A stretch of DNA of 30,828 nucleotides from Candidatus Heimdallarchaeota archaeon (GCA_030668875.1 DAOVER010000033.1:1-30828); one strand, 5' to 3'; shown: positions 9,801 through 19,516, counted from the first letter of the stretch. The notes: generated from the letters alone by a model not told the origin. Numbers and translations are program-made.

Positions 9801-11690
9801 ATGAAGTTCAGGAATAAAATGGAAGAAATAATGGCTGGAAAACATCGATTGTCAGAAGGAGACAGGCTAAAATTAGAAGATAAACCCGACGAAATTCCCC
9901 CTCTTCCAAAAGGAAGTGATGCTCTTACACCAAGTACTAAAGCTGGGTGGGAGACAGAGGCGATAATTCGTGCAATGATTTCAAACCTCCATAATGGAAG
10001 GGATTGGGAATCATTGTACATCTACGGAGGTTCTGGAAAGGTAGCTAGAGATTGGGAATCTTTTTTTGAAACAATTGCTTTGTTGAAAAACTTAGAACCA
10101 AATGAAACATTGTTTTTGCAGTCAGGGACTCCATATGGGAAAATGCAAACCACTCGCTGGGCACCTAGATGTGTCATAACAAATAGTGTAATTGTTCCTC
10201 ATTGGACACCAAATTTTGAGGAATTTGTTGGTGCAGGGTTGACAGTTTATGGACAGATGACAGCTGGGTCATTCATTTTTATAGGCCTACAAGGAATTAT
10301 CCAAGGAACGTATGAAACAATAGCTGCTGCAATTAAAACTGCAGAGAAAAAACCAAAATATCAGCAGCTTTCAGAATTTGAGAAAAAACTAACAGTAAGT
10401 GCCGGATTAGGTTTAATGAGTGGAGCTCAACCTCTTTCATTTAAAATGTGCGGGAAAATATCTATCATTGCGGAAGTTAACCCAAATCTTATTGATAGAA
10501 TGTATAATACAGGGAGAGAACAAGGAGTACCTTATTTAGACTACAAAACTGAATCCATTGGGGAAGCAATTGCAATTGCTAAAGAGGCAGCTGAAAAAGA
10601 TGAAACAGTGTCAATAGGCGTTCTCTGTAATGCTACAGAGCTGTTACAATATCTGATCGATAATGATATTACACCTCTAATACTGACAGATCAAACATCT
10701 GCTCATGATTTGCTTAATGGATATTATCCAGCTGGAATCACATATGATGAAGCCGATATATTAAGGGTGGAAAGTCCAGAAGAATATTTGGAGCGATCAC
10801 GAAGAACAGTTGTCAAACATGTAAATTTAATGATTGAACTTCATAGGAATGGATCGGAAACTTTTGATTATGGTAACAATATTCGGCAACAAGCGTACGA
10901 ACTTGGAGTTAAGGACGCTTTTGATTATGGAGGATTTGTTCTGGAATATGTCAGGCCTCTTTTCTGTGAAGGAAAAGGTCCATTCCGTTGGATGGCTTTG
11001 AGTAATGACCCTGAAGATATTCGAATAACAGATAAGTATGCTAAGAAGCTCTTCTATGATGATCCACAATTAATAAATTGGCTTGATTTAGCAGATAAAT
11101 ACATACCTTTTGAGAAAGGTTTACCTGCTAGAGTGTTCTGGGCTGGTTTTATTGGTCGAGCTGCTTTTGGAATGTTAATGAACAAGCTTGTTGCAGATGG
11201 GATACTGAAGGCACCAGTTGTAATCGGAAGAGATCATCTAGATGGGGGAAGCGTCGCATCACCTAATCGCGAAACTGAAGGAATGAGAGATGGTAGTGAT
11301 GCAATTGGTGATTATTCCGTAATTAATCTCCTAGGGAATGCTTTGAGTGGTGCAACATGGGTTTCTTATCATGGCGGAGGTGGAGTGGGTGTTGGTTATT
11401 CACTTCATTCAGGACAAGTAATACTTGCAGATGGAACTCAACTTTCTCAAGAAAGACTCTTCCGTGTTCTTACATGGGATCCTTTAAGTGCAATTCTACG
11501 ACATGCTGCTGCTGGGTATGAGAAAGCAATTGAAATGGGTGAGAAACACAATCTTGTTATTCCTGGAAAGAATAGTACTAAAGAATTTGATTACAGAAAA
11601 CTGTATGGACACATAATCGCTCTTGTGAAGGAAAGAACAGATATAGATCTATATGAACCACTTGAAAAATTGGAATTGGAACTGAATTAA
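9801..11690 (+). CDS. hutU: Urocanate hydratase
   Basis: IYGG, GQMTAGS, QGIIQGTYET, DQTSAHD, FDYGNNIR, GPFRW, GRDHLDGGSVASPNRETEGMRDGSDA, HGGGGVG; GAGG motif upstream. Confidence 0.95.
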   Translation: MKFRNKMEEIMAGKHRLSEGDRLKLEDKPDEIPPLPKGSDALTPSTKAGWETEAIIRAMISNLHNGRDWESLYIYGGSGKVARDWESFFETIALLKNLEPNETLFLQSGTPYGKMQTTRWAPRCVITNSVIVPHWTPNFEEFVGAGLTVYGQMTAGSFIFIGLQGIIQGTYETIAAAIKTAEKKPKYQQLSEFEKKLTVSAGLGLMSGAQPLSFKMCGKISIIAEVNPNLIDRMYNTGREQGVPYLDYKTESIGEAIAIAKEAAEKDETVSIGVLCNATELLQYLIDNDITPLILTDQTSAHDLLNGYYPAGITYDEADILRVESPEEYLERSRRTVVKHVNLMIELHRNGSETFDYGNNIRQQAYELGVKDAFDYGGFVLEYVRPLFCEGKGPFRWMALSNDPEDIRITDKYAKKLFYDDPQLINWLDLADKYIPFEKGLPARVFWAGFIGRAAFGMLMNKLVADGILKAPVVIGRDHLDGGSVASPNRETEGMRDGSDAIGDYSVINLLGNALSGATWVSYHGGGGVGVGYSLHSGQVILADGTQLSQERLFRVLTWDPLSAILRHAAAGYEKAIEMGEKHNLVIPGKNSTKEFDYRKLYGHIIALVKERTDIDLYEPLEKLELELN

Positions 11691-11799
11691 ATTCTTATTC
11701 CTTTTTCTTTTATATTTTCAGTATTGTTCTACCTCCAAACAAATATTAAAAAGCAGAAATCGTCTTTTTTATTCATAATAGAACTAAGAGGTTCTCTAA

Positions 11800-13665
11800 A
11801 TGAAAATAAAAACACTAAATTATAGAAGTACTATTTTTTTTGTTTCTCTATGTTTATCTTTACTTATTTATGTTCCAATTTCAACACAGGCAATAGATGT
11901 TTCCGGTAGTGAGATATTGCTTCCTGCAGATGATACTCTTGCACTTCAAGAAATATCTATAACAGTTTGGGCAAATGGAACATCAGGAAACGTAAATGGT
12001 GCTTCAGTAAATATTTCCTGTACCAGTGGATATTTCTCGGCAACTGCAGATCTCTGGGATGTAGACACTACAGATTCAAATGGGTTAGTTTCTTTTGATT
12101 GGTATGCACCCGATACGCCAACAGAAGTATCTCCCATTAATGTCACTTTTAGCGCAGATATAACTTCAGATACAGATAACTTTGTTGTTGAGAAGAATAT
12201 TACTATACATCCTATTGATTTCTCAACAAGTTTCATGTATGCAAATCCTTCTGAACTTTATGAATTGCATAATGCCTCTGTAACAATTTACGCTAATTCT
12301 TCCATCTTTCCTAATCGTATTGAAGATGTTACTGTTGATTTGATATGTGATGAGGGAATTTTCCTGGATTCAGGAACTGCAACAACTTCAGTAACAACTA
12401 ACTATTGGGGTTGGGTGAATGTTATTTGGCAATCAAACCTGAGTATAATAATCTCCAATCCTCTAACTGTTAACCTAACCGCTGATCTCAGTTATACGGG
12501 AAAAATAGTGTCCACTAGCTTAAATGAAGAAATTGTTGTCAATCCTATGGATATAAATTCATCAACACTTGAAGTCTCAGATACAACTGTTGGTGGTGGA
12601 TATCCTGTAACAGTGACTGCAAGGGCTGTTGGAGATTATGGACCAGTGAGTTCCGTCGAAGTGTTTCTTGATGCTCTTGATGGAGAATTTACAAATGGTG
12701 AAACTAACATAACTGCTTTAACAGACTCCAATGGTTACTTTGTGACAACATGGACTTCTCCCGAAGTAGGATCTCCTTTAGAGATTGTAATAACTTCTAT
12801 ATTCAGTTTTCCAACAACTATATTACTCAAGGAGCTTAATGTTACAATAGACGTTTTAGCATTTTCACATAATTTTACCAACATTCTCTTAAATGCAAAT
12901 GCAACAACTGCCACAGTTGGCGAACATATTTTATTAAGTATGGAAACATTCAATGAAATAGGTCAACCTGTAGCCTATGCAAATGCTACATTTACTGCTC
13001 CAGCAGGTACTTTCATTGGATCTGGTACTGATACAATTGAATTAATAACTGATGCAGCAGGTTCAGTTTCAGTGGTATGGGATACTTCTGATATTAGTGC
13101 TCCTATTGGTGGTTTTGATTATCATATTGATTTATCACTAATCAAAGAATATTACAATACAAATACTTCAGTAATAACTGTCCATGTTAATCCTGATGTA
13201 CTGACACTAGAAACAGCTAGTAGTGCTGACCCTCTTTCTATAATAAAAGGAGCTAATGTTACCATAACTGTCCATGTTACAGCTAACGGATTAGATATTG
13301 AAGGTGCAACAGTCCAAATACTTGCTCAAGCTGGTGTTTTTGAATACTCTTCAACAGAAATTGCTTCTAAAAACACCGATGCTTCTGGTATTGTTACCTT
13401 TACTTGGATTACAAGTAGCATGACTGTAACTGTAGAAAGGGATTTTGAATTCTCTATCCAAGCTAGTTTACCTGGTTATACTGATTCAGATGTGGAATAT
13501 ATCTCCATTACAGTTGAACCTGATGAGACACAAACTACAGATCCTCCTGATGGAGATGGTTTAACCACAGGCGAAAAATTAGGGATTTTACTAGGGGCAG
13601 TTGGAGGAGTTCTACTTATAGGTACTATCGTTTACATGGTACTGAAAAAGAAAGCAGTAAATTAA
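11800..13665 (+). CDS. Surface glycoprotein with about five tandem Ig-like (Big_1/invasin-like) domains and C-terminal TM anchor
   Basis: Signal peptide; recurring TDxxGxVxxxW motifs (TDSNGLVSFDW, TNYWGWVNVIW, TDSNGYFVTTW, TDAAGSVSVVW, TDASGIVTFTW); many NxS/T sequons; TM + KKK tail. Fold assignment is by motif only. Confidence 0.7.
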   Translation: MKIKTLNYRSTIFFVSLCLSLLIYVPISTQAIDVSGSEILLPADDTLALQEISITVWANGTSGNVNGASVNISCTSGYFSATADLWDVDTTDSNGLVSFDWYAPDTPTEVSPINVTFSADITSDTDNFVVEKNITIHPIDFSTSFMYANPSELYELHNASVTIYANSSIFPNRIEDVTVDLICDEGIFLDSGTATTSVTTNYWGWVNVIWQSNLSIIISNPLTVNLTADLSYTGKIVSTSLNEEIVVNPMDINSSTLEVSDTTVGGGYPVTVTARAVGDYGPVSSVEVFLDALDGEFTNGETNITALTDSNGYFVTTWTSPEVGSPLEIVITSIFSFPTTILLKELNVTIDVLAFSHNFTNILLNANATTATVGEHILLSMETFNEIGQPVAYANATFTAPAGTFIGSGTDTIELITDAAGSVSVVWDTSDISAPIGGFDYHIDLSLIKEYYNTNTSVITVHVNPDVLTLETASSADPLSIIKGANVTITVHVTANGLDIEGATVQILAQAGVFEYSSTEIASKNTDASGIVTFTWITSSMTVTVERDFEFSIQASLPGYTDSDVEYISITVEPDETQTTDPPDGDGLTTGEKLGILLGAVGGVLLIGTIVYMVLKKKAVN

Positions 13666-13706
13666 TCTCTTTTTTTGTTTTTTCTTTTTTTGTTTTTTCT
13701 TCTTCC
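13666..13706 (+). terminator. Oligo-T archaeal terminator
   Basis: Several T-tracts directly after the stop codon. Similar tracts follow the genes ending at 4204, 9700, 11690, 16513 and 20961. Confidence 0.6.
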
Positions 13707-13759
13707 TTTATAGATAATTTAAAATAAAAAAACCCCCTTCTTAGTTATAGTGGAAATCT

Positions 13760-16513
13760 ATGATCAAATTCAAAAAGAAAAATCGGGCTGTATCACCTGT
13801 AATAGCAACTATTATACTTGTCTCTCTTGTGCTATCTGCCACAGCAATTGTTTTCCTCGTTGTAATGCCAATGATAAACACTGGACCAGAACCGAATCTC
13901 GTTCTACTTCATGAAAATAATTTCAAAGATTATGATAATGATGGTCTATGTGACTATATGTCTCTTCAAATAAAAAGTGTGATTGGAGGTGCGGATGCAA
14001 ATATTTCTGGCGTTTCAGTCATTTGGGCAGATGATGGTGAACCTAAAGATGTTGAATGGGAACCATTGAATGAAGCAGATAGCTTCATAACTGAGGGCAA
14101 CACACAAATAGTCGAATTTATCGCATCTTTTGACGATCTTTCTGAAATAGCAAATGGTGCGACGATTGCTGTTTCAATAATTAGTGGTGAGTCAAGTTAT
14201 ATTCTATTGAAAATTACTGATCCTATTTTTGTGGAAACTGGTGAGAAAGTAATAGTGACTTTTGAAGATGGCTCTGAAATACCTATTGCTGATGCAAGTA
14301 TTGATTTTTACAAATCAACTGGTGAGTATGCTTATTCAGGTGAAGCAACTAACTTAGTTGGAAGATCAGAGTCTTATTTGTTCCCCGGTCATTACAAAGC
14401 TAGAGCTTCAAAGGATTTTGCTTTCCATTATTCAGATGAATTTACTCATCCAGATAACATTGGTCCAATCAAAATAAAAGTTGAAGGAGGAACTCTGACT
14501 GTTAAAGTGAAATCTGGAGATACTCCTATTGAGGGAGCAATTACTTATGTTTACGATACTTTCGGGCATTATCTCAGTAAAAATTCTATAACAAATTCCG
14601 GTGGCATTTGTACTTTTTCATTAGAGAATGGAAATTACAAGTTTCGTGCTGATGTTTCAGGTATTACTTATTATAGTGAAGATGTTTCTTTCCCGGATCA
14701 AACCTATGTAGAAATTGATACTGGTGGTGGAGATATCTATTGCCGAGTTATTGATGGTGGAGATAATCCAATACCTAATGTAAGAGTATATTTATTTAGA
14801 GCTACTGGAACATACTTTGGAAGATACGCTAATACAAATGAAACTGGTATGGCATTTTTTGCTGCTATCCCTGGAGGAACTCTCTTTAAGTTTAGAGTTG
14901 ATTACTTAGCTTATCGACTGTGGAGTCAAGAATTTGGTGCATCATCAGGTTCAGTAATCGATGTTAATGTCGGTGGTGGAACCATTTATGTAAATGTCAC
15001 TGATGGTTCTGGTTTCCCAATTCAAAATACAAGAACTTACTTATTTACAGAATCAGGCAGCTATAGCGGAATATGGTCAAATACTAATGATACCGGAATA
15101 GCCACATATGAAAGAGTTGCAGCAGGGTGGTTCAAAATAAGAATTGATTATCTTGCACAACGTTTCTGGTCTCCTGTATTCAACGCAACAGATGGCTATG
15201 TTCTCCAATCTTCAGTTGGTGGTGGTACTCTATATGGCAATATCACCGCTGGTGGTAATCCAATTGTTAATGTCAGAGTTTATCTATTTACTGAATTTGG
15301 ATCATACACAGGTAAATATGGCAACACAAATGCAAGTGGAATCGTTGAGCTTCAAGGTGTGGGGACTTCAAATTATAAAATGCGCGTTGATTATCAAGCA
15401 AAACGTTTCTGGTCTCCTACATTTTACTTCGATCAAACTGAAGTGGTACCTTATGATATCGGTGGTGGTACCGTATATGCAAATATTACATCTGGTGGCA
15501 CTCCAATTGTAGGAGTACGCGTTTATGCATTTACACCGAGTGGTAGCTATACTGGGACTTATGCGAATACCAATGCATCAGGAATTGCAGAGTTTGCCAC
15601 TCTAGGTGGTGGAGACTATAAATTCCGTGTTGATTACTTAGCACATAGATTTTGGAGTGATGTCTTTACAACTGCAGATGGACTAATAGTTAATGTTGAT
15701 TTAGGCGGTGGTACAGTTAATGTGCATCTGTTTAATGAGAACAATGTCAACATAACAGATGTTCGCATTTATCTCTTCACAGACACAGGTTCTTACACAG
15801 GCAAATACGCAAATACAGATGGAGATGGTGTAGCTGTTTTCACCGGTGTTGGTGAAGCTGACTTCAAATTCCGTGCTGATTACCTAGCGAAACGATATTG
15901 GTCTGTAGTTTTTACTGCATCGCCTGATTTGAATTTTGATTTCAATATCGGTGGTGGGATTGTTTATCTTCATGTCTTTGATGGAAATGGAACAGATATT
16001 GATGGACCACGAGCCTATCTGTTTACATCAACAGGAAGTTATTCTGGTTACTATGCTGATCTGAGTTCAGGTTATCTATCGTGTTCAAGAATAGGTGATG
16101 GAACTTTCAAATGGAGGGTTGATTACCTTGCACAACGTTTCTGGTCCCCAGAATTTGATGCAATTAACGGTACAACTCTAGAATTTAACATCGGAGGAGG
16201 AACAATTCAAGTGCATCTAACTGTTGATGGAGTAGACGTAAATAATGGAAGAGTGTATCTATTTACATCAACTGGTAGTTATACCGGTATTTCTGTACTT
16301 ACTGATGCAAATGGCTTGGCTACGTTTGAAGGTATAGGCGCTGGAGATTATAGATTTAGATATAGTTACAGTGGATCATATTACTGGCAAAATTTCACCG
16401 CTTCAGCTGGTCTAAACGTTGAATTTGCGATTATCACGGTGTTTATGTTTAATATGGTCGCTTCTGATACTACCTCTAATCGCAAATCCTCTATCCCTTC
16501 TTCTCTTTATTAA
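13760..16513 (+). CDS. Giant type IV pilin/archaellin-like protein with nine approximately 82-aa beta-sandwich (carboxypeptidase-regulatory-like) repeats
   Basis: Class III signal KKKNRA|VSPVIATIILVSLVL. Repeat consensus VRVYLFTxxGSYxGxYANTxxxGxAxF...YKFRVDYLAxRFWSxxF...GGG. Confidence 0.8.
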   Translation: MIKFKKKNRAVSPVIATIILVSLVLSATAIVFLVVMPMINTGPEPNLVLLHENNFKDYDNDGLCDYMSLQIKSVIGGADANISGVSVIWADDGEPKDVEWEPLNEADSFITEGNTQIVEFIASFDDLSEIANGATIAVSIISGESSYILLKITDPIFVETGEKVIVTFEDGSEIPIADASIDFYKSTGEYAYSGEATNLVGRSESYLFPGHYKARASKDFAFHYSDEFTHPDNIGPIKIKVEGGTLTVKVKSGDTPIEGAITYVYDTFGHYLSKNSITNSGGICTFSLENGNYKFRADVSGITYYSEDVSFPDQTYVEIDTGGGDIYCRVIDGGDNPIPNVRVYLFRATGTYFGRYANTNETGMAFFAAIPGGTLFKFRVDYLAYRLWSQEFGASSGSVIDVNVGGGTIYVNVTDGSGFPIQNTRTYLFTESGSYSGIWSNTNDTGIATYERVAAGWFKIRIDYLAQRFWSPVFNATDGYVLQSSVGGGTLYGNITAGGNPIVNVRVYLFTEFGSYTGKYGNTNASGIVELQGVGTSNYKMRVDYQAKRFWSPTFYFDQTEVVPYDIGGGTVYANITSGGTPIVGVRVYAFTPSGSYTGTYANTNASGIAEFATLGGGDYKFRVDYLAHRFWSDVFTTADGLIVNVDLGGGTVNVHLFNENNVNITDVRIYLFTDTGSYTGKYANTDGDGVAVFTGVGEADFKFRADYLAKRYWSVVFTASPDLNFDFNIGGGIVYLHVFDGNGTDIDGPRAYLFTSTGSYSGYYADLSSGYLSCSRIGDGTFKWRVDYLAQRFWSPEFDAINGTTLEFNIGGGTIQVHLTVDGVDVNNGRVYLFTSTGSYTGISVLTDANGLATFEGIGAGDYRFRYSYSGSYYWQNFTASAGLNVEFAIITVFMFNMVASDTTSNRKSSIPSSLY

Positions 16514-16611
16514 CTTCCTTTTCTTTTTCTATTGACTTTCAGAAGATTTTAATTTAAGTATAAACTGATAAATTCATCTAATGAATGAATAGACGTATTG
16601 GAGTTATACCG

Positions 16612-17319
16612 CAAATGAGTAGCATTGAATCAATTTTGGATGAAGCAAAACATCAAGAGAGAACCGTCCTTACATATGAAGAATCAAGAAAAGTGATGAA
16701 ACTTGCTGGAATCCCTTTGAATAAAATGAAAGTTGCTAATAATTTAGAAGAAAGTATTCTAAAAGCAAAGGAAGTAGGTTATCCTGTTGCACTTAAAATT
16801 ATTTCAGAAGATGTTATTCATAAATCTGATTCAGGTGGAGTTAGAGTAGGAATAAAATCTGATGATGAATTATCTAAATCCTATGAAGAGATGTTGACAA
16901 GCGTTCTTTCTTTTTATCCTGATGCTAAAATTGAAGGAGTAAGTGTAGAAGAAATGGTAAGTGGAGTAGAACTTCTAATTGGAACCAGCACTGATGAGCA
17001 ATTTGGTAAAATGATTGCCTTTGGGATTGGAGGTGTGTTTGTAGAAGTATACAAAGATGTTTCATTTAGATTAATCCCTGTAACTTCAAAAGATATTCAA
17101 AATATGATCGATGAAATTAAAGGAAAAACAATGTTCGGGGGTTTTAGGGGGATGCCTAAAGTAAATTTAGATGAATTAACTTCAATGATTCTGACAATTT
17201 CTAAATTAATCGAGAAATATCCAATTATCCGTGAAATGGATCTGAACCCAGTAGTTGCTACAGAAAGTGGGCTGAGAGTGATTGATGCTAGAATCATTCT
17301 AGAACAAAAAGAAGATTGA
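16612..17319 (+). CDS. acdB: Acetate/acyl-CoA ligase (ADP-forming) beta subunit, ATP-grasp
   Basis: GYPVALKIIS, HKSDSGGV, FGKMIAFGIGGVFVEVYKDVSFRL, EMDLNP. Start likely ATG at 16612 (MSSIES); the track starts at 16585. Confidence 0.9.
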   Translation, partial: QMSSIESILDEAKHQERTVLTYEESRKVMKLAGIPLNKMKVANNLEESILKAKEVGYPVALKIISEDVIHKSDSGGVRVGIKSDDELSKSYEEMLTSVLSFYPDAKIEGVSVEEMVSGVELLIGTSTDEQFGKMIAFGIGGVFVEVYKDVSFRLIPVTSKDIQNMIDEIKGKTMFGGFRGMPKVNLDELTSMILTISKLIEKYPIIREMDLNPVVATESGLRVIDARIILEQKED

Positions 17320-17372
17320 TTACTAATCCAATACTTTTTTAATATCTTGAAGAAAGGAAAATTGGTGTTAAT

Positions 17373-17645
17373 ATGTCAAAAATAAAAGCAAGCCATATTC
17401 TCGTTAAGAAAAGATCAGAGGCAGATAAATTACTAAAGGAAATCCAAACCGGTACAGATTTTGCAGAACTGGCAAGAATGCACTCACTTTGTTCATCGGG
17501 CAAAAAAGGCGGAAGTTTAGGATTCTTTACACGTGGTAAAATGGTTAAAGAATTTGAGAAAGCAGCATTTTCACTCGCAAAAGGAGAATTATCAGATGTT
17601 GTTAAAACTGAATTCGGTTATCATATAATCAAAAGAACTGGATAA
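17373..17645 (+). CDS. ppiC: Single-domain parvulin peptidyl-prolyl isomerase
   Basis: [39 protein letters not shown]. Confidence 0.93.
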   Translation: MSKIKASHILVKKRSEADKLLKEIQTGTDFAELARMHSLCSSGKKGGSLGFFTRGKMVKEFEKAAFSLAKGELSDVVKTEFGYHIIKRTG

Positions 17646-17721
17646 AATACAACCATTCATCATCTTTTTTTCAAATTCGTCCAAGCAAAAGGTTTAAAAG
17701 AAAAAGGGGGGCAGTTAATAC

Positions 17722-17742
17722 GTGTGCGTAAATTACACACAC
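17722..17742. promoter_or_regulatory. Imperfect palindrome between putative TATA box and pdo start
   Basis: GTGTG-C-GTA-AAT-TAC-A-CACAC; TTTAAAAG at 17693-17700; GGTGA motif just downstream. Confidence 0.4.
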
Positions 17743-17755
17743 CGGTGATAAAACA

Positions 17756-18415
17756 ATGTCCGTAGAAGTGGATGACAACATCAAAAGACAAGTGAAAGAG
17801 ATTTTCCAGCATATGGAAAATAAAGTAATTGCAAAATTATTTGTTGATAAAGATCGCTGTTTGACATGTGCTCAAACAAAAGAAATTCTAGAGCTTTTAG
17901 CTGAATTAGCCCCTGAAAACATGCTTGTTATAGAAGAGTACATTAGGGAAAATAATCCCCCAGAAGCTAAGAAGTACAATATTGAAAGATATCCAACTGT
18001 TATTCTTCATGGTGATAAAGAACACAATGTGATTTTTAGTGGAATTCCAAGTGGTTATGAATTTGGTACAATAGTTGAAGACATTCTGGATATATCGGCA
18101 CGTAAAGTTTCTCTCAAACAAGAAAACATAGAGAAAATAGCTAAAATCGATAAACCAATGAAAATTCAAGTTTTTGTGACTCCAACTTGCCCCTACTGCC
18201 CCGCTGCAGTCAGAATGGCTCATAAACTAGCAATGGCTAATCCAAATATCACTGGTGAAATGATTGAAGCTACTGAGTTTCCAGAGTTAGCTCAAAAGTT
18301 CTATGTAATGGGTGTTCCAAAAACAGTAATTGACGAAGGTGCAATTCAATTCGAGGGAGCATTTCCAGAAGACAATTTTATAGAAAAAGTATTAGAAGCA
18401 TATAAAAAAGCATAA
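17756..18415 (+). CDS. pdo: Protein disulfide oxidoreductase (two thioredoxin folds)
   Basis: CLTC and CPYC motifs, GIPSGYEFGT, VMGVPKTVI, FEGAFPE. Confidence 0.92.
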   Translation: MSVEVDDNIKRQVKEIFQHMENKVIAKLFVDKDRCLTCAQTKEILELLAELAPENMLVIEEYIRENNPPEAKKYNIERYPTVILHGDKEHNVIFSGIPSGYEFGTIVEDILDISARKVSLKQENIEKIAKIDKPMKIQVFVTPTCPYCPAAVRMAHKLAMANPNITGEMIEATEFPELAQKFYVMGVPKTVIDEGAIQFEGAFPEDNFIEKVLEAYKKA

Positions 18416-18421
18416 AGAAAA

Positions 18422-19516
18422 CTATTCTTCGTTTTCTTCGTTTTCTTCATTTTTTTCGTCTTTTTCCTCTGGAGATTTAGGTAATTCTTTCTTTTCTTCT
18501 GGAGGTTCAGGTAATTCTTTCTTTTCCTCTGGAAGTTCAGGTAATTCTTTCTTTTCCTCTGGAAGTTCAGGTAATTCTTTCTTTTCCTCTGGAAGTTCAG
18601 GTGATTTTTTCTTTTTCTTCTTAGACTCACCCTTGATGTATTCCTCTTGTTGGTCATCTTTTTCGAAAATACCCTTTTCCTTCTTTAGCTTCTTAGCTTT
18701 CTGTCCAATGATGTCAATGACTGTTACTTTTTGCATGTCAATTTCTTTAATTTTGTTGCTGATTTCATTCTCTTTAAGATAAGATTTATTCTCTTTAGTT
18801 TCATCTATACCAAGTGACACAATATAATCTTTCATCATGGTTAATCGCATATTGACTGTTTTGTATGTTTCGTGATCATTTATTGAACTTATTGTGGGAT
18901 CAAAAGCCTGTAATTCTAACAAGTATTGTTGCAATTGTACCATGCTATTGTCCAATACTTTCATTATTTCAGAAATTTTCTGACTGTGCTCTTCTTCTTC
19001 CTTAGCTTCAAACTCTGCTTGAACTTCAGCTTTCATTTCCTTTGACCCTCTATATATCAAAAGATGTATTTTTCCATAGAGGAACAATAGAAAAGGTGTA
19101 GCTATAATCATGATAAAGACAGGAATGAAGTTTATAAGTGGAATAGCTAAAATTGGATCTAATCCTTGGATTGTACCAAACAATGGTTCAAGTGCTATGT
19201 TTAAGCTTGAAATGGTATTATGAAGAATCAAAATTATAGCACTGTAAAATATTACAATAGGTATTGAGATTAGTAAAGATTTAAACAATGATTTAAGCAT
19301 ATTGAACGTTGTTTGGATTGAAACTTCATCTTTATACGAATAGACACATTCTGTTACTACATATAATTCAACTAGAATTGCTAGTGGTATTTCGAAAATA
19401 GCTAGAATTAGCGCATGAGTGCTAAATAGAGCAACTATGAGCCAACTAAAGATAGTTCCAATTAAAATAGCAAAAATACTTTGATTAAGATTACGGGCCA
19501 TTCTCTCATGTGGCAT
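18422..19516 (-). CDS. Hypothetical membrane protein: about 4 TM helices, helical domain, Lys run and P/E/K repeat tail
   Basis: 364-aa ORF with hydrophobic N-terminal half and (ELPEEKKELP)n tail; no family recognised. Confidence 0.75.
   Translation of the reverse strand: MPHERMARNLNQSIFAILIGTIFSWLIVALFSTHALILAIFEIPLAILVELYVVTECVYSYKDEVSIQTTFNMLKSLFKSLLISIPIVIFYSAIILILHNTISSLNIALEPLFGTIQGLDPILAIPLINFIPVFIMIIATPFLLFLYGKIHLLIYRGSKEMKAEVQAEFEAKEEEEHSQKISEIMKVLDNSMVQLQQYLLELQAFDPTISSINDHETYKTVNMRLTMMKDYIVSLGIDETKENKSYLKENEISNKIKEIDMQKVTVIDIIGQKAKKLKKEKGIFEKDDQQEEYIKGESKKKKKKSPELPEEKKELPELPEEKKELPELPEEKKELPEPPEEKKELPKSPEEKDEKNEENEENEE
18461..18602 (-). repeat. 30-bp tandem repeat, about 4.7 copies (10-aa unit)
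   Basis: gtaattctttcttttcctctggaagttcag repeats with period 30 from 18481 to 18600, with a degenerate partial copy at 18461. Confidence 0.95.

Noticed and set aside
17701-17711. A5G6 homopolymer (and A7C5 at 13726-13737) as phase-variation tracts
   Set aside because: Too short to imply slippage without read evidence.
18346-18657. 103-aa ORF with LNFQRKRKNY repeats (NLS-like or nucleic-acid-binding)
   Set aside because: Alternative frame of the 30-bp repeat of the real 364-aa gene; also overlaps pdo.
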